DNA of 32,000 nucleotides from Candidatus Nitrospira inopinata. GTDB taxonomy: Bacteria; Nitrospirota; Nitrospiria; Nitrospirales; Nitrospiraceae. The stretch is from assembly GCF_001458695.1 (NCBI RefSeq), contig NZ_LN885086.1:2100001-2132000 (forward strand), written 5' to 3'. The notes beneath the pieces are model-generated. The model did no database searches, was not told the origin of the DNA, and saw nothing but the letters and a program-made list of their open reading frames with translations. Shown here piece by piece: positions 8,386 through 16,122 of the stretch. Made by a program: the position numbers and the translations under genes. Numbering within the stretch: the first letter of the stretch is position 1; each line of letters opens with the position of its first letter.

Positions 8386-10251
8386 TTACTTGACGATGTG
8401 GTTGACCGCTTCAACGATTGCCCGCGCTCCGATGCCGTAATGGCCGATCAGTTCTTCCGGCTTGCCGCTGTGGGGAATCTGACGCACGGCGAGCTTGTGG
8501 ATCTTGATCCCTTCCGTCGAAACCGCGTTCAGCACGGCATCCCCCAGACCGCCGTGAGCATAGTGATCTTCCACGGTCAGAATGCGGTTCTGCGTCGCCC
8601 TGGCACTGTCAAGCAAGGTGGTGCGGTCGATGGGAACGATGCTATACAGGTCGATCACGCGGACTGAAATTCCCGCCGCTTGTAACTCGTCGTGCGCTTT
8701 TAGCGCCTCAAAAAGCGTGACTCCGGCCGCCACGATCGTGAGGGAATCGGTCTGACTCTGGCGCACGACTTTACTGCCTCCGATGGGAAACGATTCCTCC
8801 GGCCCATACAGAACAGGCGTTTTCGGTCGGCCGGTGCGAATGTACGTCATCCCTTTACGCTGGGCAGCCGCTTCGACCAGTCGATGGGTTGCCGTAGCGT
8901 CCGAGGGGTAGAGCACCGTCATTCCCGGTTGCGCGGCCATCATGGCAATGTCTTCGAGTCCCATTTGCGACGGGCCGTCTTCACCGATGCTGACGCCGAC
9001 GTGAGTGCCGACCAGTTTGATGTTTGATTCGCTGATGGCGGCCATGCGGATGAAGTCATAGGCGCGCGTGAAGAACGCGGCAAAGGTGGCGACGAAGGGA
9101 ATCTTTCCACAGGCGGCAAGGCCTGCGGCAGTGCCAACCATGTTTTGCTCGGCGATAAAATTCTCAAAAAAGCGGTCGGGAAACTGTTTGGCGAATTTGT
9201 CCGTATAAGTGGAGTTCTTGACGTCGGCGTCAAGGGCGACGACGGAAGGATCGGCTTCGCCCATCGCGACGAGCGCCGTGCCGAAGGCTTCGCGTGTCGC
9301 AACAAGGTCGCCCGGTTTATATGACGGGGGCGCCATGGGCTTTGCTGGTTTCTGACGGTGGCTCGGCGGAGGAAGCGTTTTGATTTTCGGAGCGGCTTTG
9401 GTCGGCTTGATGAGCCTTGTCAATTCGTCAATGGCCTTTTGAGATTCGGCGCCCTTGGGAATCGGTTTTCCGTGCCAACTCGGGTGATTCTCCATAAAGG
9501 AGATACCTTTGCCTTTGAGCGTTTTGGCCAGCAAGACGGTGGGCTTGCCCTTGACCTTCGCCGCTTCTGCGAATGCCGCCAGCAAGGCCTTGTGGTTGTG
9601 GCCGTCCACGACCAGCGCGTTCCATCCGAATCCGCGCCAGCGGGCTTTATACGCCTGCATGTCGTGTTGCAACATCGTGGGATCGCTTTGCCCCAAGCGA
9701 TTGACGTCCACGATGGCGCAGAGATTATCAAGCTTGAAGTGCCGCGCCAGTTCGACGGATTCCCAGACGGAACCTTCGACGGATTCTCCATCGCCCATCA
9801 AGACGTACGTCCGAGCGCCGTTTTTCTCAAGCCGTTTGGCGTTCAATGCCAGCCCCACGCCGACGGCCAGCCCTTGACCCAGGGAGCCGGTCGCCATATC
9901 GACGAACGGCAAACGAGGGGTCGGATGGCCTTCGAGGTCTGAGGTCAAGGTTCGCAATTTCAAAAGATCGTCGGTCGGAAACAGCCCTGCCTCCGCCCAC
10001 GCTGCGTAGAGGAGCGGCGCCGCATGACCTTTGGACAGGACGAATCGATCGCTGTTGGGGGTCTTGGGGTTGTGAGGATCGTACCGCATCACGGAAAAGA
10101 ACAAAACGGCGACGATGTCGGCCGCGGAACAGCAGCTCGACGGATGGCCGCTTCCGGCCTCGCTGGTTGAGCGCACGCTGTCAATGCGGAGCTGAGTCGC
10201 TTTATTCTGGAGAAAAGTGAGCAGACGCGGCGAGACGGCTGATCCTGCCAT
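8386..10251 (-). CDS. tkt: Transketolase, short (about 620 aa) animal-type
   Basis: GSGHPSSCCSAADIVAVLFF, DRFVLSKGHAAPLLYAAWAEAG, the TPP-binding GDGESVEGSVWE, NRLGQSDP and HVGVSIGEDGPSQM are present. SD GGAG lies 5 nt upstream of the ATG. Confidence 0.92.
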   Translation of the reverse strand: MAGSAVSPRLLTFLQNKATQLRIDSVRSTSEAGSGHPSSCCSAADIVAVLFFSVMRYDPHNPKTPNSDRFVLSKGHAAPLLYAAWAEAGLFPTDDLLKLRTLTSDLEGHPTPRLPFVDMATGSLGQGLAVGVGLALNAKRLEKNGARTYVLMGDGESVEGSVWESVELARHFKLDNLCAIVDVNRLGQSDPTMLQHDMQAYKARWRGFGWNALVVDGHNHKALLAAFAEAAKVKGKPTVLLAKTLKGKGISFMENHPSWHGKPIPKGAESQKAIDELTRLIKPTKAAPKIKTLPPPSHRQKPAKPMAPPSYKPGDLVATREAFGTALVAMGEADPSVVALDADVKNSTYTDKFAKQFPDRFFENFIAEQNMVGTAAGLAACGKIPFVATFAAFFTRAYDFIRMAAISESNIKLVGTHVGVSIGEDGPSQMGLEDIAMMAAQPGMTVLYPSDATATHRLVEAAAQRKGMTYIRTGRPKTPVLYGPEESFPIGGSKVVRQSQTDSLTIVAAGVTLFEALKAHDELQAAGISVRVIDLYSIVPIDRTTLLDSARATQNRILTVEDHYAHGGLGDAVLNAVSTEGIKIHKLAVRQIPHSGKPEELIGHYGIGARAIVEAVNHIVK

Positions 10252-10289
10252 TGGAACTCCTTTCAGAACGAGTCAGAACGGAGAAAACT

Positions 10290-10327
10290 CATCGTGCTGC
10301 CGCCGACGCGTCGGCGGCAGCACGATG
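10290..10327 (-). promoter_or_regulatory. Perfect 38-bp palindrome (19-bp arms) in the tkt leader; 5'-terminal stem-loop, attenuator or terminator
   Basis: CATCGTGCTGCCGCCGACG/CGTCGGCGGCAGCACGATG is a perfect inverted repeat. On the minus strand it is followed by AGTTTTCTCCGTTCTG, then the tkt SD and ATG 38 nt later. Confidence 0.55.
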
Positions 10328-10333
10328 GCGTTG

Positions 10334-10362
10334 AGGCTAGCAAATCATGGGAGATGAGTCAA
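10334..10362 (-). promoter_or_regulatory. Putative sigma-70 promoter TTGACT-N17-TAGCCT for tkt
   Basis: The minus strand reads TTGACT (10362-10357), an exact 17-nt spacer, then TAGCCT (10339-10334). The -10 element ends 6 nt before the palindrome begins. Confidence 0.4.
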
Positions 10363-10496
10363 TTATTGATGAAGAACACAGCGAGAGTCGAGCGGCCAAG
10401 CAAACATGTTCTTCAAAAACTCATCGCGGTCACATGGTTAACCAAACCGAGTATGAGTTCCGGGTACGGTCGGTATGAGCCGTTGAGTTCATCTTT

Positions 10497-10955
10497 TTAT
10501 GTAGCGGTCTGCACTTCGTTTGAACAGGCGCTTTGAAGGCCGTTATAGGCGCTGACGGCGAAATAGTAGATCGAGCCAGGGTCGAGGTCCATCACGGTTC
10601 CTTGGGATGACGGGACAAATTGCTCATGATCGTACGAGCAGGAACCCCACTGGTTCGGGGATTGTTTCCCATAGTGAATGTAATAACCGACAACGGTTGG
10701 ATCAGTTACCGGGTCCCAGGCCAATGTGACCGTCGATCCGGTTGCGGAGGCAATAGTGGACATCATGAGTCCCTGTTCGTCACCTGCTCCGCAGCCGCTG
10801 AGAAAAAGGCCTATTGCTCCCACCACTCCGGCCAGAATCGAAGGGATTCGTTTAGTCGGAGTTTTCTTCGAATCCGGCATTGTGAAACGAATAGAACGGG
10901 AATGTTTCACTAAGATCTTCCGACAATCAGGTGTTGTGAAATTGTTGCTCATCAT
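10497..10955 (-). CDS. Small lipoprotein with one fibronectin type III domain
   Basis: Lipobox LFLSGC. FN3-like VTLAWDPVTDPTVVGYYIHYG...LDPGSIYYFAVSAYNGLQSACSNEV. Strong SD GGAGGA 5 nt upstream of ATG 10955. Alternative starts are 10880 and GTG 10994. Confidence 0.65.
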   Translation of the reverse strand: MMSNNFTTPDCRKILVKHSRSIRFTMPDSKKTPTKRIPSILAGVVGAIGLFLSGCGAGDEQGLMMSTIASATGSTVTLAWDPVTDPTVVGYYIHYGKQSPNQWGSCSYDHEQFVPSSQGTVMDLDPGSIYYFAVSAYNGLQSACSNEVQTAT

Positions 10956-11064
10956 TACGTTCCTCCAGATGTTGTGTGGCTGAATGCTCCACACATGAGA
11001 CAGGGACTGCTAAAGCCGGGGGCCGATATTAGAGGCCACCCCCTGTCTGCTCTGAGCGGGAAAG

Positions 11065-11080
11065 TGCAATCGAGATGCCG
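11065..11080 (-). promoter_or_regulatory. Sigma-54 type -24/-12 promoter candidate (CGGCATC-N4-TTGCA) upstream of the FN3 lipoprotein gene
   Basis: The minus strand reads CGGCATCTCGATTGCA against the consensus TGGCACG-N4-TTGCW. The GG and GC dinucleotides are correctly spaced. An AT-rich block with an IHF-like TTTCAATATCTTA lies 25-60 nt further upstream. Confidence 0.4.
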
Positions 11081-11310
11081 CAGTGAAGACTTGTAAGATA
11101 TTGAAAAAATTCGTATTTTTTAATTTTTGCAAAGAGAGAACGTGAAGGCAGCAGCCTTCAACGTTTACCAAGCGGTCCTCTGCCAAAAGCGGAAGCGCCG
11201 ATTGATCGCGATTGGATTCTGTGACTTCGCGATGGGAGCGGTTGGTGTTTGGCCCGTTGTTCAGAGCGGAACATTCAGGGAAGTGAGGACTGGCGAGGGG
11301 CCGGGCTCGG

Positions 11311-12150
11311 TCAGGGGGGGCGGTGTCCCATTCGAGTAAAGTACCGAAAAAGCAAGTAACCGTTTAGGAAAATGACAATGCCGAGGATGCCGTAGGTCGT
11401 CAGGGGAGAGGCAAGGTGAAGTTCTCCCAACACTCGCGTGAGACCGAATCCCACCACCAACGCGTCAAACGCCATGGAGATTCGGCGGAATGTTTCAGGG
11501 TCCATCCATCGAATGAGATAGGTGCCCAAAGGAATGCCGACGAGCACGCTGGGGATGATATAGGGAAAGAGCTCCATACTATCCCTGCTGTAGAAACCGA
11601 TCACGCTGTAGGCAATGGCGGTGAGAGAAGACTCGGCGGTGCGAATCACCCCAAGCGCCGCTCGGAAGTCCTGTTTCGCGTAGCCTTGATTATTAAACAA
11701 GAGCGCCAACGGCGGTCCTGAAATCGTCGTGACCGAATACAGGAGACCGATGCCGGTGCCGAAGGGAACGGCGATGGCGCGTTCCGCCTTGATGGGTTTT
11801 CGAATGCCGGCGGCTTGAAGAAGAATCAACGGTAATAGAAAGAAATACGTTACGAACTTGACCCATGCCGGATGAACGAGCGACAGAAGATAGCTCCCGA
11901 TTGAGACGCCGATCACCAGTCCGACGAGGATCGGGGCGACCCGTTTCCAGACGTGCGGAACACTGGAGCGATTGATGAACAGGACGTATCCATTGATCAC
12001 CAGTTCGATCAAGACGAGAGCGGGATTCAAGACGCGATTGGAGTAATACAGCAGGGCAACCGGGACGGTAATGGAAGAAAACCCATAGCCGATGGCGCCG
12101 TTGACGGTCGCCGCGATGAGGGTGATCGCTGCCAGGACGAGATGGTCCAT
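11311..12150 (-). CDS. TauE/SafE-family (sulfite exporter-like) membrane transporter
   Basis: Polytopic hydrophobic protein. The N-terminus MDHLVLAAITLIAATVNGAIGYGFSSITVP is typical of TauE/SafE (DUF81). ATG 12150 lies 2 nt after the Rrf2 stop (TGATCATG). The longer ORF reaching 12288 would overlap the Rrf2 gene. Confidence 0.82.
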   Translation of the reverse strand: MDHLVLAAITLIAATVNGAIGYGFSSITVPVALLYYSNRVLNPALVLIELVINGYVLFINRSSVPHVWKRVAPILVGLVIGVSIGSYLLSLVHPAWVKFVTYFFLLPLILLQAAGIRKPIKAERAIAVPFGTGIGLLYSVTTISGPPLALLFNNQGYAKQDFRAALGVIRTAESSLTAIAYSVIGFYSRDSMELFPYIIPSVLVGIPLGTYLIRWMDPETFRRISMAFDALVVGFGLTRVLGELHLASPLTTYGILGIVIFLNGYLLFRYFTRMGHRPP

Positions 12151-12152
12151 GA

Positions 12153-12590
12153 TCAGGGCTTTCGGGCGCCGGCGGCGAAGTCGGCGAGAGAATAGTTGTC
12201 CAGAATTCCCGCAATCGCGTCGCGCACCGCGCCCATCGCCTGTTGAACGGGGCAGGAAGGACGCCCGGCGTAAGGGCAATCGTCGCATTTCTGATACGCC
12301 GTTTTGCTGACACAGCCGATCGGCGCCAACGGACCGTCCAGGATGCGGATGACCTGTCCGAGAGAGATGGTGTTCGGCTGTTTAATGAGACGGTAGCCTC
12401 CGTTCATCCCCCTCCGACTGGAAAGAAGGCCGGCCCTCTTGAGCGCCAGGAGGATCTGTTCTAGAAACTCGATTGGAATGTGCTGACGAGCGGCGATGTC
12501 GTGGCGTTGCACAAAAGACATGGTGCCGTACGCCGTTGTTAGTTCAAGGAGGGCTCGAAGGCCGTATTCACTTTTCTTGGAAAGTTTCAT
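12153..12590 (-). CDS. Rrf2-family transcriptional regulator with a Cys cluster
   Basis: MKLSKKSEYGLRALLEL winged-helix N-terminus. C-x8-C-x2-C-x7-C cluster (CVSKTAYQKCDDCPYAGRPSC) lies where Fe-S-binding Rrf2 proteins carry their ligands. Confidence 0.88.
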   Translation of the reverse strand: MKLSKKSEYGLRALLELTTAYGTMSFVQRHDIAARQHIPIEFLEQILLALKRAGLLSSRRGMNGGYRLIKQPNTISLGQVIRILDGPLAPIGCVSKTAYQKCDDCPYAGRPSCPVQQAMGAVRDAIAGILDNYSLADFAAGARKP

Positions 12591-12627
12591 GAGAAATAAA
12601 AATTGAGTGAGTTTATCAACAAATGCT

Positions 12628-12657
12628 ACATTAGACCATTAATCCGCTTTCCGTCAA
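12628..12657 (-). promoter_or_regulatory. Putative sigma-70 promoter TTGACG-N18-TAATGT for the Rrf2-TauE operon
   Basis: The minus strand reads TTGACG (12657-12652), an 18-nt spacer, then TAATGT (12633-12628). This is about 35 nt upstream of ATG 12590, in an AT-rich stretch. Confidence 0.3.
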
Positions 12658-12784
12658 GGTCTTTCCCATCGTCAGGCGATCATTGTTGAGAGACTTACGC
12701 AGGATGGATTGCCGTTCAGCCGATGGATGTCGAGCGTCGTGAAGGGCGATATCCGCAAGCCGTTGATCGTAGAGGGAATGTTGC

Positions 12785-12813
12785 TTGACAGCAAACGACA
12801 TTCTTGTTAGCTT
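12785..12813 (+). promoter_or_regulatory. Putative sigma-70 promoter TTGACA-N17-TAGCTT for glyQS
   Basis: Consensus -35 TTGACA at 12785-12790, an exact 17-nt spacer, then TAGCTT at 12808-12813. This is about 60 nt upstream of the glyQ start. Confidence 0.45.
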
Positions 12814-12875
12814 GCGCCGTTGTTTTCGGCGTCTGAAAAACTCGAATCGAACATCCCCTCTATGCCGAGCCTGCC

Positions 12876-13817
12876 GTGAATTTTCAAGATTTGATCCTTG
12901 TCTTGCACGAATTTTGGGCCGATCAAGGTTGCGTGATTCACCAGCCATACGACATGGAGATGGGGGCCGGCACCTTTCATCCTGCGACGTTCCTCCGGGC
13001 ATTGGGGCCCGAGCCGTGGCGATCCGCCTACGTGCAACCTTGCCGTCGTCCCACGGATGGGCGATACGGCGACAATCCGAACCGCCTGCAGCACTACTAT
13101 CAGTATCAAGTCGTGTTGAAGCCTGCGCCGGATAACATTCAAGAGCTGTATCTGGAAAGCCTGGCTCGATTGGGGATCGACCCCAAGCGGCACGACATCC
13201 GCTTCATGCAGGATGATTGGGAGTCGCCGACCTTGGGCGCCTGGGGATTGGGATGGGAAGTGCGCCTGGACGGAATGGAAATTACGCAGTTTACCTACTT
13301 TCAGGAAATCGGCGGCATCGAACTCGGTCCCATTACCGGCGAAATTACGTATGGGACTGAGCGTATCGCGATGTATCTGCAGCAGATCGACAACGTCTTC
13401 GATCTCGCATGGACGGACTCGATTACGTATCGCGATCTCCACCATGAAACCGAAGTGCAGGGGTCTCGCTACAACTTCGAAGAAGGCGACGTGTCGATGC
13501 TGACGCACTTGTTTCACTCATATGAAGCCGAATGCAGGCGGTTGCTCGCCAAGACCGACAAACGGCTGACGCTGCCGGCGTACGACTACTGCATCAAATC
13601 GTCGCACGTGTTCAATCTGTTGGATGCGCGCGGCGCCATCAGCGTCGCCGAGCGGACCGCTTATATCGCCCGCGTGCGGGCGCTGGCCAAACAGTGCGCC
13701 GAACGCTATATCGAAGAGCGGGCCGCTATGGGGCATCCGCTGCTGCGTCACGAGGAACGGCGCGGCGGTCCGAAAGCGACCGCGCCTCGGCCGAGGGTGA
13801 CGGCCGGTCGAACCTAA
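12876..13817 (+). CDS. glyQ: Glycine--tRNA ligase alpha subunit
   Basis: [74 protein letters not shown] and GAWGLGWEV are near-identical in pattern to E. coli GlyQ. GTG start. Confidence 0.95.
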   Translation: MNFQDLILVLHEFWADQGCVIHQPYDMEMGAGTFHPATFLRALGPEPWRSAYVQPCRRPTDGRYGDNPNRLQHYYQYQVVLKPAPDNIQELYLESLARLGIDPKRHDIRFMQDDWESPTLGAWGLGWEVRLDGMEITQFTYFQEIGGIELGPITGEITYGTERIAMYLQQIDNVFDLAWTDSITYRDLHHETEVQGSRYNFEEGDVSMLTHLFHSYEAECRRLLAKTDKRLTLPAYDYCIKSSHVFNLLDARGAISVAERTAYIARVRALAKQCAERYIEERAAMGHPLLRHEERRGGPKATAPRPRVTAGRT

Positions 13818-13822
13818 CGCTC

Positions 13823-16012
13823 ATGGACAAGCCAAAGAAAGCCGCGCGTCGGAGCATCGCGCCCAAAAGCTCAAAGGCACCACCCCCGCCAGTGGCCCAA
13901 GACCTGCTGCTTGAGGTCGGCGTGGAGGAGTTGCCGTACCAGTTCGTTGCGCCGGCCTTGGTGACGATGAAGGAATCGTCGGAGCGGTTGCTGAAAGATC
14001 AGCGCCTGGCCTTTCGGGCCATTCGAACGATGGGGACGCCGCGGCGGCTGACGATGGTGGCCGAGGGGCTGGCCGCCAAGCAGTCGGCCGTGACGAAGGA
14101 GACGATGGGACCTCCCAAAGCCGCGGCGTTCGACCAGGCCGGCCAGCCGACCAAGGCGGCGATCGGGTTTGCTTCGACGCATGGTGTGCCGGTTCAGAGT
14201 CTCGAGGTGCGGCGGACTCCCAAAGGCGAATACCTGTTTGCGGTGAAGCATGAAGAGGGCCGGCCTGCTGCATCGGTGTTGATGGAGGTCCTTCCCCCTC
14301 TGGTGGCGGGGCTCGCGTTTCCCAAAGCGATGAAATGGAATGAGACCGGCGTGCGCTTTGCCCGTCCGATCCGCTGGGTGCTGGCGATCTACGGAGGGAC
14401 CGTGCTTCCCTTCGACGTGGCGGGCGTGACGGCGTCGAATCAGACCACCGGGCATCGGGTGATGGGCGGAGGAAAATGGATTCGCGTCAAAGACGCCGAC
14501 TCATACTCGGCTCTGTTGGAACGTCAGGGCGTCATCGTCGATCCGCAACGGCGACGACATCTGATTCAACGGCAGATCGACGAAATTTGTCGAGAGGCGG
14601 GATTCGAGCTGCACGAGGACGAGACGTTGCTGGATCAGGCGGTGTATTCGACGGAGTCGCCGACCGCGCTGATCGGATCGTTCAAGGAAACCTATTTGGA
14701 TGTGCCGGAAGAAATCCTGATGACCTCCATGAAGGAGCACCAGGGGTTCTTTTCCTTGCGGCGCAAGGAAACCGGGAGACTGGCGCCCCATTTCATCGCC
14801 GTGGCGAACACCCGCGTGGCGGACATGTCGCTCATTCGGACGGGCAATGAGCGAGTCTTGGAAGCGCGATTGGCCGACGCCAAGTTCTTTTTCGACGAAG
14901 ATCGGAAGGCGCGTCTGAGCGAACGGGTCCCGAAATTGTCCGGCGTCACGTTTCATCAAAAACTCGGCACCATGGCGCAGAAGCAGGAGCGAGTGAAAAA
15001 ACTCACCGGCTTCATCGCCGCGCATCTGTCTTCCGGTCAAGATGATCTGCCGTCGATCTGCGAGCGGGCTGCGGCTCTGGCCAAAGCCGATCTGGTGACG
15101 GGTATCGTCGGCGAGTTCCCGGAACTGCAAGGCATCATGGGGGGCGTGTACGCGCTTCACGATGGAGAGCCGGCCGCAGTCGCCCAGGCCATTCGAGAGC
15201 AATATCTTCCCAAAACGATTGAAGGGGAATTGCCGCGCACGCTTGCGGGACAGGTTCTCTCCCTCGCCGATCGCCTGGATTCCATCGCCGCATTTTTCCA
15301 CGTCGGCGTCGTGCCGACGGGATCGGAGGATCCCTTTGCGCTTCGACGACAGGCCACGGCGGTGGTTCGGATCATGCTTGAAGCGGATCTCCGGGCGGAT
15401 TTGGCGGCGTTCGTCGACAGGGCACGGCAGCTCGTTTCCGATGACGGCTTCAAGGGACTGCCGGATTCAGCATCTCAAGGAACGAGCCGAATCATCGAGT
15501 TCATCCTGGAGCGCGTGCGCCATTATTGCCGGGTCGTGCGTCTGTTGAGGGACGACGTCATCGAGGCGGTGTTGAAACCCCTTGGTGATCGGCCGCTGGA
15601 TCTTGTCGATCTCGTCCGCAAGATGAAGGCGTTGGAAGCGGTGACCAGGAAGCCGGAATTCGACGCTCTGCTTATCGGGTTCAAGCGGGCGCATCGGCTC
15701 GTTGAAAAAGAAGAATGGACCAGGGAAGCGGTGGACCCGACCCTGTTTCAGCATGCCGCCGAGTCCGATCTTCACCGGGCGGTGATGGAAGCGCGAACGC
15801 TCATCGAGGAGTCGATCGCCGCCGGCCGCTATGATCGGACGTTGGACGCGCTCATCGAGCTCAAACCCTCCATCGACGGGTTTTTTTCAGCCGTTATGGT
15901 CAATGCCGAGGACCAGACGGTGCGTCGGAACCGGCTGTCCTTGCTGAAGGACGTTGACGAGTTGTTCGCATCGTTCGCCGACTTTTCGCAGATCATGGTG
16001 CAAGGGGGCTAG
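13823..16012 (+). CDS. glyS: Glycine--tRNA ligase beta subunit
   Basis: LLLEVGVEELP N-terminal signature and its position directly after glyQ. ATG 13823 lies 5 nt after the glyQ stop and gives a 23-aa Lys/Pro-rich extension. In-frame GTG 13892 would give the canonical N-terminus. The ORF-track start at 13532 overlaps glyQ and is rejected. Confidence 0.9.
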   Translation: MDKPKKAARRSIAPKSSKAPPPPVAQDLLLEVGVEELPYQFVAPALVTMKESSERLLKDQRLAFRAIRTMGTPRRLTMVAEGLAAKQSAVTKETMGPPKAAAFDQAGQPTKAAIGFASTHGVPVQSLEVRRTPKGEYLFAVKHEEGRPAASVLMEVLPPLVAGLAFPKAMKWNETGVRFARPIRWVLAIYGGTVLPFDVAGVTASNQTTGHRVMGGGKWIRVKDADSYSALLERQGVIVDPQRRRHLIQRQIDEICREAGFELHEDETLLDQAVYSTESPTALIGSFKETYLDVPEEILMTSMKEHQGFFSLRRKETGRLAPHFIAVANTRVADMSLIRTGNERVLEARLADAKFFFDEDRKARLSERVPKLSGVTFHQKLGTMAQKQERVKKLTGFIAAHLSSGQDDLPSICERAAALAKADLVTGIVGEFPELQGIMGGVYALHDGEPAAVAQAIREQYLPKTIEGELPRTLAGQVLSLADRLDSIAAFFHVGVVPTGSEDPFALRRQATAVVRIMLEADLRADLAAFVDRARQLVSDDGFKGLPDSASQGTSRIIEFILERVRHYCRVVRLLRDDVIEAVLKPLGDRPLDLVDLVRKMKALEAVTRKPEFDALLIGFKRAHRLVEKEEWTREAVDPTLFQHAAESDLHRAVMEARTLIEESIAAGRYDRTLDALIELKPSIDGFFSAVMVNAEDQTVRRNRLSLLKDVDELFASFADFSQIMVQGG

Positions 16013-16122
16013 CCGGGGATGGGGGGCGGTGCCGTTTGAGACGACCGGGCGGCCTCGTCGCGATCAGGAACCGCAGGCCGCATCGTTCAGACCCTGGATG
16101 AACGTCTAAAGGAGACACACAC

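Noticed and set aside
8121-8414. 97-aa minus-strand ORF between tkt and the HMA-like gene
   Set aside because: It overlaps the tkt 3' end, has Ser/Arg-rich composition and has no SD. It is probably non-coding spacer containing the next promoter.
10294-10536. 80-aa plus-strand ORF starting inside the 38-bp palindrome
   Set aside because: It begins within the hairpin and has no SD and no recognisable sequence features. The region is better explained as the tkt promoter and leader.
12591-12875. Possible T-box or other leader RNA upstream of glyQS
   Set aside because: There is no specifier or T-box-like conserved sequence and no terminator/antiterminator pair. The region is explained by two divergent promoters.
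12807-13517. 236-aa ORF antisense to glyQ. There are similar antisense ORFs in glyS (13871..14455, 14501..15301).
   Set aside because: glyQ and glyS are unambiguous, and the antisense products show no recognisable features.
13532-13822. Upstream extension of glyS given in the ORF track (start 13532)
   Set aside because: It would overlap 286 nt of glyQ in another frame, and the extension is Arg/Ala-rich with no GlyS similarity. The canonical LLLEVGVEELP block starts only after 13892.
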